The notes: generated from the sequence alone by a model not told the origin. Shown: positions 29,372 to 36,866, counted from the first letter of the stretch. The stretch is 49,849 nt of DNA from Bacilli bacterium (GCA_016283075.1 JAEEMF010000001.1:1-49849), one strand, 5' to 3'. Program-made: numbers and translations.

Positions 29372-30248
29372 TTAGTATTTCTTCCTCTATAAATAAATTT
29401 GCAGCCTTAGTAAGATTATTGTTTATCTTAACAATATTTATTTCCATTTTAGGTAAATTAACATCTATTTCCAATTTCTTAATTATTCCAGCATCTACTA
29501 AATAACCTACAGCATCCTCTACTACATATCCTACTCCTAAATTTCTTCTTACGGAGTCAATAATTAACTCTTCAGTACCGAATTCAAGAGTAATATTAAC
29601 ATTAAGAGAGTTCTCGTCAAATATCTTATTTATATTTTTTCTAAGAGAACTTCGAGATATAGGTAAAATAATATCTTCATTTTCTAAATCTTTTATAGTA
29701 GCGATATCATTATTATTTTTTGTTGAAGCTATAAAACAAGTATTAAGAGAGCAAACCGGTGTAACAGAAATATTGTTATATATAGTATCAATCGGAGATG
29801 AATCAATGACAAAATCTAATTTTCTTGCTTCTAATTGTTCCATCATTTGATTAGTAGACATATCAATTAATTCAATTTTAATTTTAGGATGTCTAGCTTT
29901 AAAACTATCAACTTTATTCATAAGATAATTTCTAACAATATGTGATTGAACACCTATAACCAATGTGCTATCTTCAACATCATTAACAGCCATCAAAGCT
30001 CTATTACATGAATAAAGCAGATCATTGGCCTCTTTTAAATAATTATATAATATTTCACCCGATTGTGTTAAAACAATACCTTTGTTTGCTCGAAAAAATA
30101 ATTTGACATTTAAATCTTCTTCAAGTTTTGACATACTCTTACTAATAGCAGGTTGTGAAACAAATAATTTATTTGATGCTTCCAAAAAACTTTTAGAACT
30201 TGCCACCTCATAAAATATTTTTAAAGAATTAAAGTTAATGTTATTCAT
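29361..30248 (-). CDS. LysR-family transcriptional regulator
   Basis: SFLEASNKLFVSQPAISKSMSKLEEDLNVKLFFR HTH, a substrate-binding domain and typical length (295 aa). Confidence 0.95.
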   Translation of the reverse strand: MNNINFNSLKIFYEVASSKSFLEASNKLFVSQPAISKSMSKLEEDLNVKLFFRANKGIVLTQSGEILYNYLKEANDLLYSCNRALMAVNDVEDSTLVIGVQSHIVRNYLMNKVDSFKARHPKIKIELIDMSTNQMMEQLEARKLDFVIDSSPIDTIYNNISVTPVCSLNTCFIASTKNNNDIATIKDLENEDIILPISRSSLRKNINKIFDENSLNVNITLEFGTEELIIDSVRRNLGVGYVVEDAVGYLVDAGIIKKLEIDVNLPKMEINIVKINNNLTKAANLFIEEEILNEN

Positions 30249-30271
30249 ACATATCCCCCACTTTAAAAAGT

Positions 30272-30300
30272 ATTATAATTTTTATTTGTTATAATGTCAA
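30272..30300 (-). promoter_or_regulatory. Consensus sigma-A promoter of the lysR operon overlapped by an inverted repeat
   Basis: TTGACA (30295-30300)-N17-TATAAT (30272-30277); the ATTATAA-N10-TTATAAT dyad spans the spacer. Confidence 0.8.
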
Positions 30301-30372
30301 ATAATATTTTTTTATATTGTTATAACTTTTAGGAATAATAGGCTACAAAATAAATAAAAGGTAATTATCCTT

Positions 30373-30933
30373 TTATTTATTGTTTTTCCCTAGCAAATAT
30401 TTTGCAATGTCATCATAAGCACTTGTATTCCATAACTTAAATCTTTCACTATCTGGAAAATGCGCCATGGTTTTATCATGACCTTCAGGTATAAAAATCG
30501 GATCAATTCTAAGCCCATATTTTCCACTTTTTCTTTTGGCAATAGAGCCTGGTGTAATGCAAGTAAATACTACTGGTTCTTTTCCATATTCACAATAAGC
30601 AAATGCTTCTTTATAATACGCAGTTCTATTTGTCTTGCCTTTCATTAATTTTAAAATACCTTCAGTACCAATTTGATTCATAACATCATGTGTGTATGGA
30701 CCTGGGAACCCTCCTAGTGCTTCTATAAAGAATCCAGTATCATTTTTTAAAACAGAACACTTTAATTTATCACTTGCTTCCTTAGCTGAATGCATTGCTA
30801 TTTCCTCTACTGAATCAGATTGGATTTCAATTGTATCCATTTTTTCATTGTCAACATCAATACCATATGGATTTAAAAACTGTCTTGCACTAATTAATTT
30901 TTTCATATTACCTGTAACTAAAATTACTTTCAT
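30373..30933 (-). CDS. Ham1/ITPase-family NTP pyrophosphatase, divergent (no SHR motif), copy 2
   Basis: VTGNMKK, EIQSDS, NDTGFFIEALGGFPGPY and DPIFIPEGHDKTMA; SHR is replaced by WNT. Confidence 0.87.
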   Translation of the reverse strand: MKVILVTGNMKKLISARQFLNPYGIDVDNEKMDTIEIQSDSVEEIAMHSAKEASDKLKCSVLKNDTGFFIEALGGFPGPYTHDVMNQIGTEGILKLMKGKTNRTAYYKEAFAYCEYGKEPVVFTCITPGSIAKRKSGKYGLRIDPIFIPEGHDKTMAHFPDSERFKLWNTSAYDDIAKYLLGKNNK

Positions 30934-30942
30934 TTTTTCCTC

Positions 30943-31548
30943 CTAATTATAAAAATTTTTCATAAAGTCCTTATTTTTTATTAATTTTAAACTTTTTGTT
31001 TTACCACTTTCGCTGCTTTCATAAATATCCATAAAATCACAATAAAGTTTTTCCATATTGTCTGTATAAGATATTAATAAATAATCGTATAAATCGATGC
31101 TTTTTTTAGTTTGTTCGATTCCTAATGAATATCGTTGTATCCCCCTATTGCCCATTCTTCTCAAAACTTCTTCTTTATTTGGTGGCAATATATATATCAA
31201 TGATGAATCAGGTCTAATATTTTTTAAAGAAACAGCACCTTGATACCCCATATTAAACAATATTTGTTTATCTTTTAATAATTCCAATGCTTTTTTCAAG
31301 GTCCCATAATAATTCCCATCATGTCTTACATATTGTATTAATTCATCATTATTTACATATTCGAAAAACTTTTCTTGCGTAATAAATTCAGTATTTCCAA
31401 CTTCTCCAATTCTACGTGGACGAGTAGTTATACCTGGCGCTTCCTCAAAAATTTTATTTTTCTTTTTTAAATACTCAATTAATTCTGTTTTACCAGCACC
31501 TGAAGGCCCTGATAAAACTATTGGTGAATAGCCTTCACATATAAGCAT
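30943..31548 (-). CDS. Guanylate kinase-like nucleoside monophosphate kinase, divergent
   Basis: SGPSGAGKT P-loop, TTRPRR-GE, GNYYGT, QGA and IYILPP; base-contact residues altered. Start placed at ATG 31548 after GGTGA. Confidence 0.85.
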   Translation of the reverse strand: MLICEGYSPIVLSGPSGAGKTELIEYLKKKNKIFEEAPGITTRPRRIGEVGNTEFITQEKFFEYVNNDELIQYVRHDGNYYGTLKKALELLKDKQILFNMGYQGAVSLKNIRPDSSLIYILPPNKEEVLRRMGNRGIQRYSLGIEQTKKSIDLYDYLLISYTDNMEKLYCDFMDIYESSESGKTKSLKLIKNKDFMKNFYN

Positions 31549-31549
31549 A

Positions 31550-32092
31550 TTAATCACCAAAACTTTCTAAAGAATCACGTATATCTTCAACCCAAAAGAA
31601 ATGAACCCAACTATCTTTTTTTGACTCATAACCTGCATTAAATGTCATAATTGGATTATCGTTTTGAAAACTTTCATCAACAACCAATGCATAGAGATCG
31701 CTTGTATCTATATTCTTTTCTTTAAGATGTTTAATAACTCCCGATGATGTTTTACCTTTATATAATATATCATCAAAAATGATGAATTTTGTTTTCCCTG
31801 GTTCTATATATTCACTAATCAATTTAAATTCTCCATAGTCATGTGGAGTATCACTATTAGTCATTTTACATTGCATAAATGAAATATTTCTAAAATTTAG
31901 TAATTGTGAAACAGTTACTGCTAATGGCAATCCACCTCTTGCTATACCTAAAAAACCCAATGTAGGATCGTTAAGATCATATTTGTTTTTTATATCGTCT
32001 GCTATTTTTTTGCAGGCATTCATATACATATCATAATTAAAAATATTATCATCATTACATAATATTTTATCATTAATAAAAATTTTTTTCAT
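31550..32092 (-). CDS. Type I phosphoribosyltransferase, Gpt/Hpt1-like, divergent
   Basis: GIARGGLP, PRPP loop IIFDDILYKGKT and C-terminal WVHFFW. Confidence 0.85.
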   Translation of the reverse strand: MKKIFINDKILCNDDNIFNYDMYMNACKKIADDIKNKYDLNDPTLGFLGIARGGLPLAVTVSQLLNFRNISFMQCKMTNSDTPHDYGEFKLISEYIEPGKTKFIIFDDILYKGKTSSGVIKHLKEKNIDTSDLYALVVDESFQNDNPIMTFNAGYESKKDSWVHFFWVEDIRDSLESFGD

Positions 32093-32766
32093 TATATCTC
32101 CTCGTTCTTTTTAAATTTTGATACATAATATAAAAATGGGGTATCTAGAAAAGCTATTATTATTTTGAAAATAATAGTAGTAATAGCCATTTCAATAACA
32201 TTTGCGAAAGGAATAACACCTAAATAAGCAATAACTACAAATATAATTGTATCTGATAATTGACTTACTATAGTGCTACCGTTATTACTAACCCATAATC
32301 TGTTATATTTATTTTTTAATATTTTATACATTCTAGCATCAATAAACTGACTTAGAATACAATTTATAAGACTTGCAATTGTTATTCTAGGCAAATAATT
32401 AAATACTATTTTTAATGATTCATTTGTCGTATCAACAGCACTCGGAACATATTGAAGAAACATACTCATCGATAAAGTAAATATAAGAAGTGTTAAAAAA
32501 CTAAAAATTATTGCTTTTCTCGCTTCTTTTTCACCATATATTTCACTAAGAATATCAGTTGTTAAAAAAATTGCACCATATGAAATATTACCTAGTGAAG
32601 TCGTCAAGCCAAACATATCTACTATTTTAATTGCTTGTATGTTACAAATTATAGTTGAAACACACATCCAAACAAATAATCCAACCCTTCCATATTTTTT
32701 ATAACAAGCACATGTAATTGAAAATGTGCCCAGCAAATAAATTGCTGAAATAAATAAATTAACCAT
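32092..32766 (-). CDS. yhhQ: Queuosine precursor transporter (YhhQ/QPTR, Vut_1 family)
   Basis: CNIQAIK, GNISYGAIFLTTDILSEIYG, PRITIAS, SQFID, NNGSTIVSQLSDT and KIIIAFLDTPFLY motifs; AAGGAGG RBS. Confidence 0.9.
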   Translation of the reverse strand: MVNLFISAIYLLGTFSITCACYKKYGRVGLFVWMCVSTIICNIQAIKIVDMFGLTTSLGNISYGAIFLTTDILSEIYGEKEARKAIIFSFLTLLIFTLSMSMFLQYVPSAVDTTNESLKIVFNYLPRITIASLINCILSQFIDARMYKILKNKYNRLWVSNNGSTIVSQLSDTIIFVVIAYLGVIPFANVIEMAITTIIFKIIIAFLDTPFLYYVSKFKKNEEI

Positions 32767-32772
32767 ACTTTT

Positions 32773-32824
32773 TCCTCCTTATGCGTTTATTATATCTCGC
32801 AGATTAAAGAGTTAATCATACCGG
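32773..32824 (-). promoter_or_regulatory. Candidate SD-proximal pseudoknot or riboswitch-like element
   Basis: GAUUAA-CUCU-UUAAUC hairpin, then UGCG...CGCA hairpin directly before AAGGAGG; the CUCU loop can pair with the SD. It does not match canonical preQ1 consensus by eye. Confidence 0.3.
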
Positions 32825-32871
32825 TTTTTTATAATTATAATAAGAAATAGTTATTAAAATAATTTAATAAG

Positions 32872-32916
32872 AAAAAATAAAAAAATTGCATATCAACGAA
32901 TTTGACACACAATTTT
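32872..32916 (-). terminator. Intrinsic terminator inside the long leader upstream of yhhQ
   Basis: AAAAUUGUGUGUCAA-auucg-UUGAUAUGCAAUUUU: a 15-bp stem with 3 G-U pairs that form only on the minus strand, followed by UUUAUUUUUU. Confidence 0.7.
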
Positions 32917-33194
32917 ATAAAAATCAAATATAAATATTTGGCATACACAGATAAATAAAAAGTTATACCAAATACCAATTTTTTTAAATAAACATATAGA
33001 TAATTAAACGGATTATAATATAATATTTTTTAATCAAAAACTTTTATAATTGTATAAGTATTTTTATATATTAAAATGATTTATACTAATATAATTAATT
33101 ATAATATCAATTTTAAAATATACATTATATTTATATCATTTCTATTATAAAAACAAGACATAATTTTTTTGTAAATAATAGATAAAATAATTTT

Positions 33195-33665
33195 TTATTT
33201 ATCTTTATTGATAATATGTTTAAATTCTGATGAATTAATCATATCTTTAACACATGCTGGTTGAATAGATAAATCTTTAACTTTATCTAAATCATACCAA
33301 GATTCATGTTCACCTGGGTGATCTAATACTTCGATATTATCAAAGTTTTTAAATGCTTTACCATTAACTTCATATAAGAATAAGTATTCATGATAATTTT
33401 TATTATCAAGAGAGAAGAAATTCTCAACAAGTCCTATTAACTTAGCATCTTCTTTAGAAACTTTAGTACCAGTTTCTTCTTCAATTTCTCTTATAAGTGC
33501 AGATAGACTATCTTCACCTGCTTCACATCTACCTCCAACTGGTACTAGATAATCAGTAAGATCATTTGCTTCTAATAAAACTTTACCTTCCTTTTTAATA
33601 AATGCACAGCATCGTACATTTAGTTTGTAGTCTCCTACCATTATACTTAAATCATTTTTTGCCAT
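33195..33665 (-). CDS. NUDIX hydrolase
   Basis: Nudix box GGRCEAGEDSLSALIREIEEETG and the ENFF...YHEY subfamily pattern. Confidence 0.92.
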   Translation of the reverse strand: MAKNDLSIMVGDYKLNVRCCAFIKKEGKVLLEANDLTDYLVPVGGRCEAGEDSLSALIREIEEETGTKVSKEDAKLIGLVENFFSLDNKNYHEYLFLYEVNGKAFKNFDNIEVLDHPGEHESWYDLDKVKDLSIQPACVKDMINSSEFKHIINKDK

Positions 33666-33695
33666 ACTAAAATCACCTTCCTATTTATTATAACA

Positions 33696-34181
33696 TTATA
33701 CTTGGTATAATTTATTAATGTTTTCTAATTCTTTATTTACTTTTTCTACTTCTTTTCTATCTCCTTCGATAGCTATTACATACATTTTTGGTTTAGAATA
33801 ATCATCTATTTCAAATGTAACATTGTTTTTCTTATAAACATATCTTGTACGTTTATTATCAGCACACAGTTTAAATTCTAAAGTGTCCAACATAGAATTA
33901 ATGAACTTTCTATTTGTATCATCTACTTTAATAGATAATGACTCTAATGAAATATTTAAATTTTCTTCTCTACTAGTAATATTTTTAAAATCAAAAGTTG
34001 TTTTTCTTCTTTCATTTACTACTGTAGTAGTAAGTCTTGCTATTACATTAGAAAGTTTTTCATTGTCATAAACCTTCCTATTTTGTAAGACAGCTGGTTC
34101 CTTTCTATAACCATTTTCCTCACAATAAGTGATATAAGGTTTTAAATTACTAACCTTATAACTATACTCGTATTCTTCCAT
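33696..34181 (-). CDS. CYTH domain protein
   Basis: EYEYSY, ARLT, FDFK, RTRYVY, FEIDDY and IAIEG, a CYTH-like motif order. Confidence 0.75.
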   Translation of the reverse strand: MEEYEYSYKVSNLKPYITYCEENGYRKEPAVLQNRKVYDNEKLSNVIARLTTTVVNERRKTTFDFKNITSREENLNISLESLSIKVDDTNRKFINSMLDTLEFKLCADNKRTRYVYKKNNVTFEIDDYSKPKMYVIAIEGDRKEVEKVNKELENINKLYQV

Positions 34182-34210
34182 AAAATTCCTCCCTTCTAAT
34201 TTTATAGAAC

Positions 34211-34239
34211 AAAAAAAGTATAGGAAAAAAACCTATACT
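34211..34239 (-). terminator. Terminator of rplU-prp-rpmA
   Basis: AGTATAGG/CCTATACT stem with a U7 tract on the minus strand. Confidence 0.75.
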
Positions 34240-34525
34240 ATTTTTCTGGATATACGCTTACTTGCTTTCTATCTTTTCCAACACGTTCAAATTTAACATA
34301 ACCAGATACTTTTGCATATACTGTATCATCTGATCCAATACCACAGTTAACACCTGGATAAATTTTTGTTCCACGTTGACGATATATAATAGATCCACCA
34401 GTAACAAATTCACCATCAGCAGCCTTTGCTCCTAATCTTTTAGCAATAGAGTCACGACCGTTTTTAGTTGAACCTTGTCCTTTTTTGTGGGCAAATAATT
34501 GAATATTTAACTCTAAAAACTTCAT
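34238..34525 (-). CDS. rpmA: 50S ribosomal protein L27 with Prp-cleaved N-terminal extension
   Basis: [26 protein letters not shown]...RQRGT; ATG 34525 after AGGAGGTG. Confidence 0.98.
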   Translation of the reverse strand: MKFLELNIQLFAHKKGQGSTKNGRDSIAKRLGAKAADGEFVTGGSIIYRQRGTKIYPGVNCGIGSDDTVYAKVSGYVKFERVGKDRKQVSVYPEK

Positions 34526-34537
34526 TGAGGACACCTC

Positions 34538-34843
34538 CTATATAATATTTATTTTAATGTTATTTTTATATTGCTCTTTTAATTCTGTTAATAAATCTAA
34601 CATATTATTAATAAGCAAGTCGATTACATTATCATGTAAATTAATAGTTATTTCTAAATCATCATCTTGAACATAACTAATTGCATCTTTGTTATATTTT
34701 AGTATTGCATTAACGCTTGTTATAACAATACTAGATGCTGCAGCACATACTATATCTTTACCATAATCATCATATCCTGCATGACCTGACATAGTAATTT
34801 TATTAATAGTGCTATCTTTTTTACTAATATTTACTTTTATCAT
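34538..34843 (-). CDS. prp: Ribosomal-processing cysteine protease Prp
   Basis: SGHAGY...GKDIVCAAAS; located between rplU and rpmA. Confidence 0.96.
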   Translation of the reverse strand: MIKVNISKKDSTINKITMSGHAGYDDYGKDIVCAAASSIVITSVNAILKYNKDAISYVQDDDLEITINLHDNVIDLLINNMLDLLTELKEQYKNNIKINII

Positions 34844-34846
34844 AAA

Positions 34847-35143
34847 TTATTTAATAGATGTAATTTCAATTTTAGTATATGGTTGACGATGACCTTGAGT
34901 TCTATGATAGTTTTTCTTTTGGTTGTATTTAAAGATTTTAATTTTTTTAGATTTACCATTTTTTAAAACTTTTGCTTTAACTTGAGCACCACTAACATAT
35001 GGGCGTCCAACAACACCGTTAGCCATTAAAACTTTATCGAAAACAACTTCTGAATCAGCTTCAGCATTTAATTTTTCTACATATAATACTGTACCAACTT
35101 CAGCAGTATATTGTTTTCCTCCTGTTTCGAATATTGCTGTCAT
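34847..35143 (-). CDS. rplU: 50S ribosomal protein L21
   Basis: [12 protein letters not shown]...GHRQPYT; true start ATG 35143 after AGGAGG (the ORF-track extension runs through the leader). Confidence 0.98.
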   Translation of the reverse strand: MTAIFETGGKQYTAEVGTVLYVEKLNAEADSEVVFDKVLMANGVVGRPYVSGAQVKAKVLKNGKSKKIKIFKYNQKKNYHRTQGHRQPYTKIEITSIK

Positions 35144-35164
35144 TTTTATTCCTCCTATTCTCCA

Positions 35165-35232
35165 AGACTCGCCATTAAGGTGCATATTTGCTTTAAACCT
35201 TTTCTGCGCGGTTGTAGAGTAAGGCTCTACAC
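35165..35232 (-). ncRNA. L21 ribosomal protein leader
   Basis: GUAGAG-cctta-CUCUAAC-type hairpin (GTAGAG/CTCTAC), then CAACCGCGCAG...AAGGU...ACCUU...UGGCGAGUCU, matching the Firmicute L21 leader pattern and position. Confidence 0.8.
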
Positions 35233-35239
35233 GCAAACA

Positions 35240-35269
35240 ATTATACAACAATAAATCCTTTATTGTCAA
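35240..35269 (-). promoter_or_regulatory. Sigma-A promoter of the rplU operon
   Basis: TTGACA-N18-TATAAT directly upstream of the L21 leader. Confidence 0.8.
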
Positions 35270-35285
35270 CGGTTTTTATATAAAA

Positions 35286-36167
35286 TTACACTAATTTAAA
35301 CTCTCTTGAAATAATCCTCTCATCAGAGCAATATTTAATGACATAATCATTATTTTGCCTACAAATAATAATACCTACGGTCTTATTTTCAAAAGGAGTT
35401 TTCATATTCATATCAATGTAGTTCATATAAGTCATTATTTGGCCTGTATGTTCTTTCTTAAGTTCAGTTACTTTTAACTCCACTACAACGTAACATTTGT
35501 ATTTAATATTATATAAAAGAAGATCAATATAATTATATCTATCACCTATTTTAATTGGATATTCACTTCTTATATAAGTAAAACCATCCCCTAATTCATC
35601 TAAAAAGTTTTCTATATCTTCTAATATTATTTTTTTAAGCACTTTCTCTGAAATAAAAGTATAGCTATTACTTTTATTAATTATAATGGGATTCTTTACA
35701 AAATCAATTACATTTGATTCATCCTTATTTATTAAATTATTCTTTGTATTATCAGGTAATCGTTCGTACTCTCTATACTTTATTCTTTCACGTAATTGTC
35801 TTACTGATAAATTATTTAATTCAGAAATTTTTATATAGTACTGGAACTTATTATCGTCGAACCAAAGGATTTCGCAATAATGGCTCCAACTTAATTTGGC
35901 AGACAGTGTCTGCCATTTTTGAAACACTTTATATAGTTGTCTCATATTTCTTAGATTTCTTTGACTATATCCCTTTCCTAACTCTTTAGTTAATCTTATT
36001 GAATACTCTTTAATAATACCTTCTCCATACTTATTACCTGCATCTAATAAAAGTTTACCAACATTATAATAGGTATCCAGATCACTTTTGTTAATAGAAT
36101 AATGTTTAACTTTTCTATTAACTTCATTATTAATTAGTAAATTCTTAATTTCATTATAATAATTCAT
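35286..36167 (-). CDS. YhcG/DUF1016 PD-(D/E)xK nuclease family protein
   Basis: GYSQRNLRNMRQ, LSWSHY, FLDELGDGF, YIDLLLY, VVVELK and GQIMTYMNY. Confidence 0.92.
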   Translation of the reverse strand: MNYYNEIKNLLINNEVNRKVKHYSINKSDLDTYYNVGKLLLDAGNKYGEGIIKEYSIRLTKELGKGYSQRNLRNMRQLYKVFQKWQTLSAKLSWSHYCEILWFDDNKFQYYIKISELNNLSVRQLRERIKYREYERLPDNTKNNLINKDESNVIDFVKNPIIINKSNSYTFISEKVLKKIILEDIENFLDELGDGFTYIRSEYPIKIGDRYNYIDLLLYNIKYKCYVVVELKVTELKKEHTGQIMTYMNYIDMNMKTPFENKTVGIIICRQNNDYVIKYCSDERIISREFKLV

Positions 36168-36179
36168 ACATTACTCCTT

Positions 36180-36866
36180 TCACTTAATTATATTATTTTC
36201 ATAAAAACTATAGTATTTATCTTTGCCAATAATAATGTGATCTTCTACTGGAATATTAAATAGTTTACCTAGTTTAACAAGATTAGAAGTAGAATTTAAA
36301 TCTTCTTTACTTGGAAGAACATTACCGCTAGGATGGTTATGTATACAAATAATAGATGATGCGTTATATATACAGGCATACTTAAATACATCTCTAGGAT
36401 GTACCATACTGGCATTTACTGTTCCTTTAAATAATAATTTATCTTCGATTAATTTCTTAGAAGAATCTAGATATAATGCATAAAAAACTTCTTGTTTTAA
36501 ATCTTTTACTTTATTTGCATAACTTTCAAATATTATCTTAGGACTACTTAGTTTAGTACTAACTTTAACATCTTCAGACTGATACACTCTTCTTCCTAGT
36601 TCCATTGCTGATAATATAGTTACAGCTTTAGATACCCCTACTCCTTTAATAGAAACTAATTCTTTTAAAGTAATATCTTTTAAATTAGATATACTTCCTA
36701 TATATTTAAGAAGCGATAGAGATATATCTTTAACCGAAATACTCTTAGTACCAGTATTAAATAATATAGAAAGAAGTTCATCATTAGACAAACTACTAAC
36801 TCCTAAATTAACGAGTCTTTCTTTAGGTCTATCATTAATAGGAAGATCCTTTATTCTTACGTTCAT
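36180..36866 (-). CDS. radC: RadC (JAB domain) protein
   Basis: RPKERL, LSNDELL, HhH, GTVNASMVHPRDVF, HNHPSG and DHIIIG. Confidence 0.96.
   Translation of the reverse strand: MNVRIKDLPINDRPKERLVNLGVSSLSNDELLSILFNTGTKSISVKDISLSLLKYIGSISNLKDITLKELVSIKGVGVSKAVTILSAMELGRRVYQSEDVKVSTKLSSPKIIFESYANKVKDLKQEVFYALYLDSSKKLIEDKLLFKGTVNASMVHPRDVFKYACIYNASSIICIHNHPSGNVLPSKEDLNSTSNLVKLGKLFNIPVEDHIIIGKDKYYSFYENNIIK

Noticed and set aside
30373-32092. Gene symbols rdgB, gmk, gpt/hpt or pyrR
   Set aside because: Specificity residues deviate from each canonical enzyme, so only family-level calls are supportable.
32821-32840. Canonical preQ1-I riboswitch suggested by UAUAAAAAACCGG
   Set aside because: It resembles the A-rich 3' tail, but no P1 stem or UUC-containing loop precedes it.
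32990-33020. Purine riboswitch suggested by UAUAAUC upstream of a purine-type operon
   Set aside because: The AUAUGG and GUUUCUACC core elements and the three-way junction are missing.
32975-33194. CRISPR array, oriC or small ORF in the very AT-rich spacer
   Set aside because: No regularly spaced repeats, no DnaA-box cluster and no ORF with an RBS were visible.
21878-33194. Prophage or integrative element explaining the accessory block
   Set aside because: No integrase, transposase, relaxase, phage gene or att-like flanking repeat was visible, and core genes (folD, rsmB/F) are interleaved.
34496-34525. L27 N-terminal extension as a novelty
   Set aside because: Known Firmicute feature that is removed by the adjacent Prp protease.
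35144-35269. 42-aa N-terminal extension of L21 in the ORF track
   Set aside because: It starts at the TTG of the -35 box and runs through the L21 leader; the AGGAGG RBS supports ATG 35143.
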